Part shown: one piece after another, positions 51,753 through 62,367 of the stretch
Layout: each line of letters begins with the position of its first letter
Position numbering within the stretch: position 1 is the first letter of the stretch
Origin: Candidatus Bipolaricaulota bacterium
GTDB taxonomy: Bacteria; Patescibacteriota; Patescibacteriia; UBA11705; DATKZF01
Reading direction: 5' to 3'
DNA length: 64,000 nucleotides
Assembly: GCA_035528115.1 (NCBI GenBank)
Contig: DATKZF010000003.1
Span: forward strand, 487,089-551,088
Notes under the pieces: model-generated
What the model saw: only the letters and a program-made list of their open reading frames with translations
What the model was told of the DNA's origin: nothing
The model's database searches: none
Program-made: the position numbers and the translations under genes

Positions 51753-54629
51753 ATGAGCAAAACCATAAAAATAAAAGGCGCCAGAGTAAACAATTTAAAA
51801 AACATCAGCTTGGAGATTCCCAGAAATAAATTGGTGGTCATCACCGGACTGTCCGGCTCGGGCAAGTCGTCTTTGGCTTTTGACACGATTTACGCGGAAG
51901 GACAAAGACGCTACGTGGAAAGTTTATCGTCTTATGCCCGGCAATTTTTGGATGTGCAGGACAAGCCCGATGTGGATCAGATCGAAGGCCTGTCTCCGGC
52001 GATCGCCATTGATCAAAAATCTTCCTCGAGAAATCCTCGTTCGACCGTGGGCACGATCACGGAAACCTATGATCTTTTGCGTTTGTTGTATTCGAAAATA
52101 GGCATTCCGCATTGTCCCAAATGCGGCCGGGAAGTGTCCCGTCAGACAGTTGAGGAAATAGTCGATAAAATTTGGGATATTGACCATCATTTGAATATTA
52201 TGGTGCTGGCCCCGATCATAAAGGATCAAAAGGGCAAGCATCATAATGTCCTGGAAGAATTGCAAAAAGCCAATTATTATCAAGTCAGATTGGACGGCAT
52301 TGTTTATAATATAGAAGAAGCGCTGGATCTGATCATGGATAAACAAAAAAGGCATACCGTCGAAGCGGTGGTTGATCGAGTCGTTTTAAGCGGCGACAAA
52401 GAAGAAAAAAAACAATTGGCCGAATCCGTGAAAATCGCCCTTGATTTGGGCGACGGGCTGGTGATCATTCAGCGATCGGATAGAGAAGAAGATGAAATAT
52501 TCAGTCAATATTATAATTGTCCCGTTTGCAACATCAGTTTGCCGGAAATCGATTTGAGAAGTTTTTCATTCAATTCTCCGAATGGCGCTTGCGCCGAATG
52601 CAGCGGTCTGGGCATTAAGCAGGAAGTGGATCCGGAATTGGTGATTTCCAATCCGAGATTGACGCTCGCCGAAGGCGCGATCAAGCCATGGACTAAAATA
52701 TTTTCCACGCAAACCACGAATTGGCAATTACTCGAGGCAGTTTCGCAAAAACACAAGTTTTCGCTTAACATTCCGGCCGGCAAGCTGTCTTCAAAAGCCA
52801 AAGAGGTGATTTTATACGGCACGGGCGGAGAATTATATCAGATCGGCAGCAAATCAATGTCGTTTGAAGGAGTGATTCCGTATTTGGAAAACAAATATAA
52901 GATTACGGATTCCGATTATATCAGAAAAGAAATCGAAAAATACATGCGCATGCATATTTGCCCGTCATGCGAGGGCAAAAGGCTAAAACCCGAATCTCTG
53001 GCCATAACGATCGGCGGGTTGAATATTTCGCAGGTGGCTGATTTGCCGATCAGTAAAATAATTTTGTACATCAATGAATTGGTGGACACGGCCGTCAAAA
53101 AAGGCGCTAAGATTTCGGTCAGAGGAAAATTGATCAAAGAAAAAATGGTTGAAAGATCCATCTTTATCGGCAAGCAAATTTTTAAGGAATTAAAGCGGAG
53201 GCTCGGTTTTATCGAAGACGTGGGTTTGAGCTATTTGACTTTGGATCGCAGCGCGAACACTTTGTCCGGCGGCGAAGCCCAGCGCATCAGGCTGGCCACT
53301 CAGATGGGCGCCAAACTCGCGGAAGTCGTGTATGTGTTGGATGAACCGACCATCGGTTTGCATCAAGCGGACATTCATAAATTAATCGGCACGCTTTTGG
53401 AATTAAAAGCGCAGGATAATACGGTGATTGTGGTCGAACATGATGAAACCACCATGATGGCGGCTGATCAGATAATCGATATCGGACCCGGCGCCGGCGT
53501 GGGCGGCGGGGAAGTGGTCGCTCAGGGCACGCCCGAGCAGATAAAAAAGAATCCGAAATCTTTGACCGGCAAATATTTGTCGGGCAAGCTTAAAATCGAA
53601 ACATTGAAAATCGATCGCCGAAAAAGAGGCAATGGCAAGAAAATTTCGATCAAAGGCGCGACCGCCAATAATTTAAAAAACATCAACGTTGACATTCCGC
53701 TCGGCAAGTTCGTCTGCATCACCGGCGTTTCCGGTTCGGGCAAATCCACTTTGATGAGCGATATTTTGTCCAAAGCCCTGGCCAAAACGTTTTATCGCTC
53801 CAAGGAAATGCCGGGCGAGCATAAGAAAATAGAAGGCATTCAATATTTGGACAAAGTCATTACCATCGACCAATCGCCGATCGGCCGCACGCCGAGGTCA
53901 AACCCCGCGACCTATACCGGTTTATTCACTTATATTCGAGATTTGTTCACTCAAATGCCGGAAGCGAAAATTAAAGGTTTTGACGCGGGCAGATTCAGCT
54001 TCAATGTCAAAGGCGGCCGGTGCGAAGCTTGCGGCGGCGATGGACTGGTTAAAATAGAGATGCAGTTTTTGCCCGATGTTTACGTGATTTGCGAAGAATG
54101 CAAAGGGAAAAGATATAATAAAGAGACTCTTGAAATTCATTATCGCGGCAAAAATATTTCCGATGTTTTAGACATGACCGTTTCTCAAGCCAAGGAATTT
54201 TTTCAAGACATTCCGATTTTAAATGAAAAGTTGTCAGTGCTCGAAGAAGTCGGTTTGGGATATTTGACGCTCGGTCAGCCGGCCACCACTTTATCCGGCG
54301 GCGAAGCGCAAAGAATCAAATTGGCCACGGAATTATCGAGATATTCCACAGGCAAAACATTGTATATTCTGGACGAGCCCACCACCGGACTTCATTTCGA
54401 CGATATCAATCGTTTGTTATTGATCTTGAATAAGCTGGTTGACAAAGGCAACTCGGTTTTAATCGTGGAGCATAATTTGGATGTCATCAGGCAATCGGAT
54501 TGGGTGATAGATTTGGGACCCGAAGGAGGAGAAGAAGGCGGCTACTTGGTGGCCGAGGGTTCTCCCGATCAGGTGGCCAAGGTTAAAAAATCCGTGACCG
54601 GGCAGTATTTGAAGAAAATGAGAGACTGA
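51753..54629 (+). CDS. uvrA: Excinuclease ABC subunit A
   Basis: Two ABC ATPase domains, Zn fingers, LSGGEAQRI. Confidence 0.98.
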   Translation: MSKTIKIKGARVNNLKNISLEIPRNKLVVITGLSGSGKSSLAFDTIYAEGQRRYVESLSSYARQFLDVQDKPDVDQIEGLSPAIAIDQKSSSRNPRSTVGTITETYDLLRLLYSKIGIPHCPKCGREVSRQTVEEIVDKIWDIDHHLNIMVLAPIIKDQKGKHHNVLEELQKANYYQVRLDGIVYNIEEALDLIMDKQKRHTVEAVVDRVVLSGDKEEKKQLAESVKIALDLGDGLVIIQRSDREEDEIFSQYYNCPVCNISLPEIDLRSFSFNSPNGACAECSGLGIKQEVDPELVISNPRLTLAEGAIKPWTKIFSTQTTNWQLLEAVSQKHKFSLNIPAGKLSSKAKEVILYGTGGELYQIGSKSMSFEGVIPYLENKYKITDSDYIRKEIEKYMRMHICPSCEGKRLKPESLAITIGGLNISQVADLPISKIILYINELVDTAVKKGAKISVRGKLIKEKMVERSIFIGKQIFKELKRRLGFIEDVGLSYLTLDRSANTLSGGEAQRIRLATQMGAKLAEVVYVLDEPTIGLHQADIHKLIGTLLELKAQDNTVIVVEHDETTMMAADQIIDIGPGAGVGGGEVVAQGTPEQIKKNPKSLTGKYLSGKLKIETLKIDRRKRGNGKKISIKGATANNLKNINVDIPLGKFVCITGVSGSGKSTLMSDILSKALAKTFYRSKEMPGEHKKIEGIQYLDKVITIDQSPIGRTPRSNPATYTGLFTYIRDLFTQMPEAKIKGFDAGRFSFNVKGGRCEACGGDGLVKIEMQFLPDVYVICEECKGKRYNKETLEIHYRGKNISDVLDMTVSQAKEFFQDIPILNEKLSVLEEVGLGYLTLGQPATTLSGGEAQRIKLATELSRYSTGKTLYILDEPTTGLHFDDINRLLLILNKLVDKGNSVLIVEHNLDVIRQSDWVIDLGPEGGEEGGYLVAEGSPDQVAKVKKSVTGQYLKKMRD

Positions 54630-54799
54630 TTAATGATTATTCGCAGCCATTTGTGGCAAACCCATAAACCAAAAACCAAGGCAAGCCATTCAGACGCTAT
54701 GATTTGTAATGTGTTTGTAATAAATATGACGCTAAGGCTAGCTAAGTAGCCGCAATAATTCGTAACGTGTTTGTAACGTATTTAAAAAGCTGTCTATGT

Positions 54800-55255
54800 T
54801 TAGACAGCTTTTTTCGTGGTTTTCCTTTTTTTCGAGAAAAGGCTTATGATCAAATCGATCAATCTTGCCGGACGCAGGGGCTTGTCGATGTAAGCGTCGG
54901 GCTCAAACAGCGGCGAGGTCAGAGCATTGATGTCCGGTCCAATGCCGGTCATGATGATGATCACCGGAGTTTGTCCATCCTTTTTTTCTTCCAGACGGAT
55001 GTTCTTGCATGCCTCCCAGCCGTTCATGGCGGGCATCATCACGTCCAGAAGGACGATATCCGGACAATGCTCGCGGTAGAGTGTTACCGCTTCGCATCCG
55101 TCGGCAGCTTTGAGCAGCTCTGCCTCGGGGAAGGCGCGACTAAAGATGGTTCCCATCATGTCTACCAGAAATTGGTCATCGTCAGCCACCAGGATGCTGG
55201 CGGGAATTGCTCCGGCGACAACCCTTTGTACCCATTTTATTTTCGGATCTCCCAT
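54800..55255 (-). CDS. Stand-alone CheY-like response regulator
   Basis: VADDD, LLDVMMP, IDKP; AAGGAGG SD. Confidence 0.88.
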   Translation of the reverse strand: MGDPKIKWVQRVVAGAIPASILVADDDQFLVDMMGTIFSRAFPEAELLKAADGCEAVTLYREHCPDIVLLDVMMPAMNGWEACKNIRLEEKKDGQTPVIIIMTGIGPDINALTSPLFEPDAYIDKPLRPARLIDLIISLFSKKRKTTKKAV

Positions 55256-55337
55256 GCCGCCACCTCCTTGTTTTTTGGGGACGATAAAAAGAGCTTATGA
55301 TAAATAAAAAAAATTGGCAAGTCGCCAATTTTTTGAG

Positions 55338-55658
55338 TTATTTGATTTCTCTAAGTCTTTTATGAGTGGTTCTAAGATGCCCAAGTTTCGCCCGCCTGAC
55401 TTTGTATTCTTTGGCTGTCTCTATTTTTTCAATAACCGGTGAATGCAAGGGGAAGATTTTTTCAACTCCGATGCCGTCCGAGACTTTTCTGACCGTGATC
55501 GTGGCTCCGATTTCAGAGCCATGTTTTCTGGCCAAAACCAAGCCTTCAAAAATCTGGACTCTTTCTTTTTCTTCTCCTTTGGGTGTTAACTCTTTGATTC
55601 TTTGATGCACCGCGACCACTTTGCCGGGCTGAACTTCAGGGTAAATATCTTTTTTCAT
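55338..55658 (-). CDS. rplS: 50S ribosomal protein L19
   Basis: RVQIFEG, TVRKVSDGIGVEKIFP, VRRAKL. Confidence 0.96.
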   Translation of the reverse strand: MKKDIYPEVQPGKVVAVHQRIKELTPKGEEKERVQIFEGLVLARKHGSEIGATITVRKVSDGIGVEKIFPLHSPVIEKIETAKEYKVRRAKLGHLRTTHKRLREIK

Positions 55659-55810
55659 AGGGTTACAAATTACGAATGTTTTGTAAAAAGGTTACCAATG
55701 GTTACGAATTTACAAATAATTTTTAGTTTATTATAAATTTTATCTCGTATGCTAAAGCCTGTACATCTTGTAACTAACAGATATGATTTTAGCTTTTTGG
55801 AGAGAAATTG

Positions 55811-56368
55811 TCAAGCATTCTCAAAAATGATTTTTTCGCAGTCTTTGACCGCTTGTTTGAGCTCGTTTTCTTTGTTTTTTACAATGAAATCGGCATGTTT
55901 GGCCATGGCCAGCTCGGCAGGCAGTTGCTCCAATCTTTTTTTCAATTTTTCGGGATCCATATTCCTTTTTTCGATCCTTTTTTTCAAAATTTCCGAGTTG
56001 GGAACCTCAAGGAAAATTTTGATTATGCTCTTTTGTGAAAATTCGTTTTTATCAATGGATAAAGGGTCAATGGTTATCAACGGTGTTTTGCCGGCCTGCC
56101 AAATTTGTTCAATTTCCTTGAGAGCTTTGCCGTAATAATTGCCGTAAACCAAATCCCATTCCAGCAGCGCGTTTTTATCGATCAATTTTTTGAAATCCTT
56201 GACGGAGATAAAATTATACTCGCCCGCTACTTCTTTGGACTTTCTACGAGGCCTGGTGGTGTAAGTCATGGGCCGCGCCAATTCGTCCGGCTGGTTTTTT
56301 AGGAGTTTGTTGACAATGGTTGTTTTTCCCGAGCCTGAAGGGCCGGAAATCAAGATCAATTTTTTCAT
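55811..56368 (-). CDS. gmk: Guanylate kinase
   Basis: SGPSGSGKT, YTTRPRR, YGNYYG. Confidence 0.9.
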   Translation of the reverse strand: MKKLILISGPSGSGKTTIVNKLLKNQPDELARPMTYTTRPRRKSKEVAGEYNFISVKDFKKLIDKNALLEWDLVYGNYYGKALKEIEQIWQAGKTPLITIDPLSIDKNEFSQKSIIKIFLEVPNSEILKKRIEKRNMDPEKLKKRLEQLPAELAMAKHADFIVKNKENELKQAVKDCEKIIFENA

Positions 56369-57915
56369 AAATCCAAAAAATCTTTTCTATGAGCTTGAAT
56401 AAAGGCCGCGGCTTCTTCTTTTGAGGATATTTTGTCGCTGAGTTGCTCTTCGCGCAAACGCTTTTTAATCTCGCTGATCCAAGGCCCTCCTTTTTTGCCT
56501 TCAAAAAGTTCCATGATTTCGCCGCCATTCAATAATTCGACCGGAGTGTCGATTCTGGCCGCCAGAGTCGCTTTGATTTTCTCCATTCTTTTTATCAGCG
56601 CTTTGAATTTATCCGTGGAAGGCGAGCCGTCGGGGCGGAGCGAGCCGAGCGCGTCCAAATAATGAAGCATCATTAGGCGTTGGCCTCGGGAACCCATGAA
56701 ATATTTTTCAATCGTTGTTGCTTTAAGCGTTGCCGGGTCGCCAGCGGTGGCGATCATGTGATTTTCAATCAGAAATTTGACGCGCTCGACTTGTTTTCTG
56801 GAAAATCTTAATTTGCGTAAAATGGTTTCCGACATTTTGGCGCCGACATTCTCATGGCCGTAAAAAACGATTTTTTTCTTGCCATCTTTTTCTATTTCTT
56901 TTTTGGTCGCTGGTTTGCCCACATCATGCAATAAAACTGCCATGATGAACGACCCGTCGATTTTGGCTTCCGGAAATTGCGCTTTGAATTCCGGAGAATT
57001 TATTTTTTCAATCATTAATTTAGTGTGCTCGATGACATCGCCTTCGTAGTGATGTTCCGGCGGCTGTTCGCAGCCTTTGAGTTTGTCTATTTCTGGGATT
57101 ATTTGTTCAAAGACGCCGGCTTTGTCGAAAAGTTCAAAAGCGAGAGAAGGATTGGTTTCAAGGGCTTTGAGCATTTCTTTTCTGATAGTGTCTTCGGGCA
57201 CGACTCTTTCGGTTTGCCCCTCATTGTTTGTTCTGGTGTCATTTAAATGTTTGGCGTTTTCCACGATGGCTTGCCAGGTTTTCGGTTCTATTCGAAAATC
57301 AAGCTGGCAGGCAACGCGAATGGCGCGCAAAATTCTGGAATAATCTTCTTTGAATCTCTCGTTGGGGTCGCCGACCGCGCGAATGATTTTATTTTCCAAA
57401 TCTTTTCGGCCGCCGAAAGGATCAATTAATTTTCCTTCGCGCGCGTCAAAAGCCATGGCATTGATGGTCAGGTCTCTGCGGCTCAAATCGGTTTCAATCG
57501 GCAAGTTCGGATCATATTGGACTTCAAAATCTCTTTTGCCGCCGCCGCCGGTGGACATTTCAGTGCGCGGAAAAGCAAAGTCCATGGCTTCGGTCAAGGT
57601 CGAGTCCGCGGGCATGAATTTGTTGACGCCGAAGTTTTTTCCGGTCAGATCTAGGCTGCCTTTTTCTTTGGTCAGAGCTTTTTCCAATTGCGCTTGCGTG
57701 ATTTTACCCAAAACAAAATCATAGTCTTTGGACGGTCTGTCCAAAAACGAGTCTCTGACAATGCCTCCGACCATGTAAATTTTTAATTCGGGAAGTTCGG
57801 GATTGGTAATGAGGTCATCGATAGTTCTTTTTACGGACGGCTCGTCCAAAATTCTTTGACGGAGTTTGTCTTCGATTCGTTCTTGTTTTTTAAAAATATT
57901 TTCGAAGAATTTCAT
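56365..57915 (-). CDS. cca: CCA-adding tRNA nucleotidyltransferase with HD domain
   Basis: VGGIVRD, DYD, RRDLTINAM, EDYSRILR, LLHDVGK. Confidence 0.92.
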   Translation of the reverse strand: MKFFENIFKKQERIEDKLRQRILDEPSVKRTIDDLITNPELPELKIYMVGGIVRDSFLDRPSKDYDFVLGKITQAQLEKALTKEKGSLDLTGKNFGVNKFMPADSTLTEAMDFAFPRTEMSTGGGGKRDFEVQYDPNLPIETDLSRRDLTINAMAFDAREGKLIDPFGGRKDLENKIIRAVGDPNERFKEDYSRILRAIRVACQLDFRIEPKTWQAIVENAKHLNDTRTNNEGQTERVVPEDTIRKEMLKALETNPSLAFELFDKAGVFEQIIPEIDKLKGCEQPPEHHYEGDVIEHTKLMIEKINSPEFKAQFPEAKIDGSFIMAVLLHDVGKPATKKEIEKDGKKKIVFYGHENVGAKMSETILRKLRFSRKQVERVKFLIENHMIATAGDPATLKATTIEKYFMGSRGQRLMMLHYLDALGSLRPDGSPSTDKFKALIKRMEKIKATLAARIDTPVELLNGGEIMELFEGKKGGPWISEIKKRLREEQLSDKISSKEEAAAFIQAHRKDFLDL

Positions 57916-58005
57916 ATAATTTCCACCCCACTTTCTTGTCCGCCGTAGCGTTAGCGAAGGCGGGAGTGGGCATGGCAACGAAGCCGACTGAAAGTCGGGC
58001 AGAAA

Positions 58006-58944
58006 TTAGAGTTTTTTAAAAAAATCATCTAAATCCCCATCAAGAGCAATTTTATATTCCAACTTATCTCCATTCAAATCCTCAAACGACAAATAATAGG
58101 CTTGCAAAAACATGCGGACTATTTTGGCCGGCTTGTATTTTTTCGTTTTGTACAGCGGATCGCCGACCACCGGGTGGTTTAGCGCCAGAAAATGCACTCT
58201 GATTTGATGCGTTCGGCCCGTTTTCGGCGAGACATCGACCAGCGAGTATTTCGGGCTGGTTTTGATGACTTCATATTCGGTCAAAGCGCTTTTGCCGAGA
58301 GTTGAATTAAACGGATGAGCCGCCATGGCGCCGCTTTGCGCGCTTCTGCCCACGCGAAAAGACATTTCATCCTCGAGCGAATCCGGTCGGCCGTAAATGA
58401 GAGCGTAGTATTTTTTGGTGATGAGCCTTTTTTTGAATTGCGATTTCAAATGCTCGAACATTTTTTGATTCTTGGCGATGACCATCAGGCCGGAAGTTTC
58501 TTTGTCTAGGCGATGAACAATGCCGGGGCGATTCGGGTCTTCTCCCACTTTGGCGATGGAAGGATGTTTTTTCATCAGCCAGTCGACCAATGTTTTTTCA
58601 GCGCTCGTTTTAGTCGGATGAACCAAAAGATTCGCCGGTTTGTAAATGATCAGCCAGTCATCCTTTTGGTCGAGAATTTTAATTTTTTTGAGAATCCCCG
58701 CGTTCTGATTTTCTTTCGGCGGTTTTTTCAATACGTCCGCCGGCCGGGACGCCGTTTCTTTTTTTATTTCGACAAGGTCTCTCGCCTTTAAAAAGCGGTG
58801 AGCGGTCGCCTTTTTTCCGTTAACCTCAATCAAACCGGCCAAAATACGTTTCTTTATTTGGCTGCGGGTCGACTCAGTCAGCTTTTTATTGAGGAATTTA
58901 TCCAGGCGCCAACCGTGGAATTGTTCGTCTATCTTATATTTCAT
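58006..58944 (-). CDS. rluD: RluA-family pseudouridine synthase
   Basis: S4 domain, HRLDKETSG, GRTHQIRVH. Confidence 0.92.
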   Translation of the reverse strand: MKYKIDEQFHGWRLDKFLNKKLTESTRSQIKKRILAGLIEVNGKKATAHRFLKARDLVEIKKETASRPADVLKKPPKENQNAGILKKIKILDQKDDWLIIYKPANLLVHPTKTSAEKTLVDWLMKKHPSIAKVGEDPNRPGIVHRLDKETSGLMVIAKNQKMFEHLKSQFKKRLITKKYYALIYGRPDSLEDEMSFRVGRSAQSGAMAAHPFNSTLGKSALTEYEVIKTSPKYSLVDVSPKTGRTHQIRVHFLALNHPVVGDPLYKTKKYKPAKIVRMFLQAYYLSFEDLNGDKLEYKIALDGDLDDFFKKL

Positions 58945-59013
58945 GAATCCAGTCTATCATTTCCGCTGAATTTTTTCAATTGAAAAACGACGATCGTGAG
59001 ACAATCGTCGCTA

Positions 59014-60003
59014 TTAGGCGGCAAAATCGAAAATTTGCTTTTCGATGTCCGCTCGAGGGATCAGGCCTTCCCCGGACTGATTGACCAGCCTTAGAATGGT
59101 CTGGTTGTCGAGTCCGTTACTTGCGAGAATCTCTTTCGCTTCCTTCCTGCTTAGGATACCTTGTCCGCGCAGACTGGACATGGCCTTGAGCAGAGTCTCT
59201 TTGTCTTCTCCCACGGCGGCCATGAAGGCGGATAGAATCCATTTGCTGGTTTGCTTGATGGAAAGCAGGGCGTCGCAAATTCTGTCCACGTTCCAGTTGT
59301 TTGCCAGCAATGAAACGACGATTCTGCCCGCAGTCCACTTGGCCGGTCCGAACAGCTGGCGATAGAGGTGCGAAGCGATATTGTAGTCGCTCCACTTGGC
59401 GCTCTCCAGGGCGCGGATTATTCTCGAATCTTTCCAGCCGGCCGCTTGCAGCGCTCGGAACGTTTGATCCGGACCGATTTTCGTGTCCCCGAACGCCTTG
59501 ACGATCCGCATGTCGCCCCAGCCGATGATCGAAAGGATGGAAACAATGATGTCAAAGGTGTCGAATTTCCAAATGTTGGCAACTAGCTCGTCGTCCGTCC
59601 AGACTCGCGACAAGGCTTTGCAGATCCGACGCAAGGCTTTTTTTCGCGTCTTGTCCGGCAATTTCGTGCCCGGCTTGTCCTCCGTGAAGCCGATCTGGTA
59701 GCACAGGAGAAAACTATCGTGCAGAAAATACAAGCCATTTGCGACCATAAGCAGTTCCACCAGGTATTTTTTCTCAATGGCGGAGTGCCGCAAGGCGCGC
59801 ACGATCTTGGCGTCGAACCAGCCGGCCGCGAAAAGGTCATTGACGATCTCGATGTTTCGCCTTTTCTCTTCAAGCGACCCCGGGGTTTTGGAAAAACCCA
59901 GGCCGGCGAGCAGGGTTTGATCGATTCTGGCGATATTTGCCGGGTGTTTTTTCGCCAGTCTGTCCGCTTCGCGCAGAGTTTTTTTCAGTATCGCCAAATC
60001 CAT
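59014..60003 (-). CDS. Hypothetical helical-repeat protein (GC-rich)
   Basis: AAGGAGGGG SD; repeated GWxDxRIxxAL units. Confidence 0.7.
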   Translation of the reverse strand: MDLAILKKTLREADRLAKKHPANIARIDQTLLAGLGFSKTPGSLEEKRRNIEIVNDLFAAGWFDAKIVRALRHSAIEKKYLVELLMVANGLYFLHDSFLLCYQIGFTEDKPGTKLPDKTRKKALRRICKALSRVWTDDELVANIWKFDTFDIIVSILSIIGWGDMRIVKAFGDTKIGPDQTFRALQAAGWKDSRIIRALESAKWSDYNIASHLYRQLFGPAKWTAGRIVVSLLANNWNVDRICDALLSIKQTSKWILSAFMAAVGEDKETLLKAMSSLRGQGILSRKEAKEILASNGLDNQTILRLVNQSGEGLIPRADIEKQIFDFAA

Positions 60004-60078
60004 GTCCCCCTCCTTTTTGCCGTACAGATAAGTTAGCATGAATCCATAATTAAAAAAAGCCGGCTTGGTGAAGCTGGC

Positions 60079-60552
60079 TTAAAATCCGGGAGGCAGATTG
60101 GGATTGATGGCTTGAGACAATGACCTTCTGAAGGCGAGGAAGCTTTCCGGCGTTCGAAAGAATTTCGCCATGTCGGTTATCCTGCCATGGCCATTGCCGT
60201 AAACCGCCAAAGTGGCGACGGAGTTCTCTCCTGCTTGAATGCTGTGCCATACATCCGGCGCCAGACTCAACTGACAAATGCTGTCGTTATCTAATTTCTT
60301 TGGGGGCATGGCGACACATTGGTGATTTCCATCTTTGTCCCAGAGATGCACAACGACGCTGTTGTTTCCGCCGGTGACCGTCAAAAAAGCCATTTCTCCT
60401 TCATTGTAGGCTCCGTCGGCGTATTGAGTGCCGGGAGAGATCATTTGAATCGACGGGAGCCCATCCGGCCCGTCGTCTATTTTAGGGTAGGAGTGGCTGG
60501 GGGAGCAGACGAGGAGGCATCCTCCTAACAGTGTTTGTTTCGTTGCGCCCAT
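60079..60552 (-). CDS. Hypothetical cupin-like protein
   Basis: AAGGAGG SD; LAPDVWHSI cupin-like motif 2. Confidence 0.6.
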   Translation of the reverse strand: MGATKQTLLGGCLLVCSPSHSYPKIDDGPDGLPSIQMISPGTQYADGAYNEGEMAFLTVTGGNNSVVVHLWDKDGNHQCVAMPPKKLDNDSICQLSLAPDVWHSIQAGENSVATLAVYGNGHGRITDMAKFFRTPESFLAFRRSLSQAINPNLPPGF

Positions 60553-60645
60553 CGTTTCCTCCTTTGTTCTGAAAGGAAGTTTACTTGGCCGGTCGGGTTT
60601 TGTCAATTTAAAAGCGGCGGATTGATAAGACAATCGCCGCTTGAG

Positions 60646-60831
60646 CTATTTGGATGTTTTGATTTTTTTTCTGGAAGAAATCCCCGTGCCGAGAATTACC
60701 GAGCTTAGGAACATTCCTCCTCTCCCGATGGTCAGCGACAATCCGGGAATACCAAAGGAAACGCTGATGCCGTTACGTGAAAAACTCAGCCACAAGTTAC
60801 GGCCAAGTCTGACGTGTGTTCTGAAATTCAT
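60646..60831 (-). CDS. DUF4236-like small basic protein (copy 2)
   Basis: FRTHVRLG..SFSRNGISVSFG..GTGIS. Confidence 0.75.
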   Translation of the reverse strand: MNFRTHVRLGRNLWLSFSRNGISVSFGIPGLSLTIGRGGMFLSSVILGTGISSRKKIKTSK

Positions 60832-60880
60832 GTTGCCTCCGTTTAAAAGCGGCGGATTGATAAGACAATCACCGCTTGAG

Positions 60881-61066
60881 CTATTTGAATTTTTTGATTT
60901 TTTTTCTCGAAGAAACACCCGTGCCCGGAATGCCCGTATTGAGAAAAATTCCTTTTCTGCCAATGTTAATCGATATGCCTGGGATGCCGATAGAGAAGCT
61001 GACGCCGTTTTTTGAAATATTCAAGCGCGCATTGCGGCCGAGCCTGATTCTTTTTTGGAAGCGCAT
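60881..61066 (-). CDS. DUF4236 small basic protein (copy 1)
   Basis: MRFQKRIRLG..LNISKNGVSFSIG..GIPGTGVS. Confidence 0.85.
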   Translation of the reverse strand: MRFQKRIRLGRNARLNISKNGVSFSIGIPGISINIGRKGIFLNTGIPGTGVSSRKKIKKFK

Positions 61067-61129
61067 GACTTTATCTCCTTTTCAAGAAAAGAGGCGGCTT
61101 GGATTGTCCAAACCGCCTCATGTCATTGA

Positions 61130-61663
61130 TTACTCCTTCTTGCGGCCGGCGTCCTTTTCCGGAGCCTCTTCGAGAACCTTGATCTTGGTGATGGCCTCGA
61201 AGGCCGGCTCGAGCTGCTGGAGCAGGGTTGCCATCATTTCACGGCCCGTGCCCTGCATGCAGTACTCGGCCACCTTGGCCACGGTCTCGCAGTTGGGGAT
61301 GAACCCGTACTGCGTGGACAGGTAGTGCACCGCGCTGGCCACGAACAGCGGCTCGAGCATGTGGCCGAGCGCGGTGTCGAAGAACTTGGGGTAGGTGTCG
61401 CCCAAGGTGCGGCGCAAGATGCCAATCATCAAGTCGCACGCTTCTTCGGATCCGGCGATCTTGGCGCCGTGCTTGAGGTTGACTGTGACAGCATGGAGAG
61501 TCTGATTGGGCTTGTCGGTCATGCTGGACATGGTGGTTTCTCCTTGGGTGGTGGTTTGTTTATCGGTCTGCGGTATTTCGCCGAGCGCCTGGGCTGCGTC
61601 CTCTCCTGCAGCCTCGCCGAGCGCTTCGGCGATTCTTTTTTTGACATCCTTGACACTGCTCAT
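61130..61663 (-). CDS. Hypothetical protein (GC-rich)
   Basis: AAGGAG SD at ATG 61663; alternative SD-led start at 61531. Confidence 0.65.
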   Translation of the reverse strand: MSSVKDVKKRIAEALGEAAGEDAAQALGEIPQTDKQTTTQGETTMSSMTDKPNQTLHAVTVNLKHGAKIAGSEEACDLMIGILRRTLGDTYPKFFDTALGHMLEPLFVASAVHYLSTQYGFIPNCETVAKVAEYCMQGTGREMMATLLQQLEPAFEAITKIKVLEEAPEKDAGRKKE

Positions 61664-62157
61664 TAATTTTCTCCTTCCGTTACCGCATCCTCTTTTTTTT
61701 CTTTCTTCTCCTCCTTCTTGGTTCCCTTCTCCTTGCCCCCATTCTTCCTGAGGGCTTTCTCTTTGTCTTGCCGCGAAAGAATGCTCTCCATGAGAGCATC
61801 GATGACGATTTGGACTGATAGCCATGAGTCGCATTGCCCCAGCTCACGAATGACATCATCGTCATCAATGACTGAAGTCTTGACGTGGTCTTTTAGCGAA
61901 TCTCCCAGAATAAGGTAGCATAAGTGGCAATGCGGGCAGATTTTGATGAAGTCGCCGGCAAACTTCATGATGATATAGTAGTGACTCCTGCACTCATAGC
62001 ATGGCTGAGCGGTGAAGAAATGGACAGCCTTGCTTGGGTTGCCGGCCGCGTTTTCGATTCGTCTTTTCAAAGCGCTAATGATGGCTTCTCCATTGATTTC
62101 CCACGGATTCTTGTGTGAAAAATAGTTAATAAGCTCTTTTCTTACGTTAATGTCCAT
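61663..62157 (-). CDS. Hypothetical protein with CxxC...CxxC zinc ribbon
   Basis: CYEC and CPHC; AAGGAG SD. Confidence 0.6.
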   Translation of the reverse strand: MDINVRKELINYFSHKNPWEINGEAIISALKRRIENAAGNPSKAVHFFTAQPCYECRSHYYIIMKFAGDFIKICPHCHLCYLILGDSLKDHVKTSVIDDDDVIRELGQCDSWLSVQIVIDALMESILSRQDKEKALRKNGGKEKGTKKEEKKEKKEDAVTEGEN

Positions 62158-62367
62158 GTCTTGAGCTCCTTTGTCTCCGCGGGTTTTTAAGTTATCAATG
62201 AACATGTAAGGAAGCATTATAACAATTTAAAAAATGATGTCATTAATATGTTAAATTTAATTATTGATATTTGTCTTTATTTTGTCTAAAATTAAATAAA
62301 ATGCTCGAAATATAAAAATATTGTTCGTAAAAATTGACAAAAATTATTAATTTGATATAATAAATGC

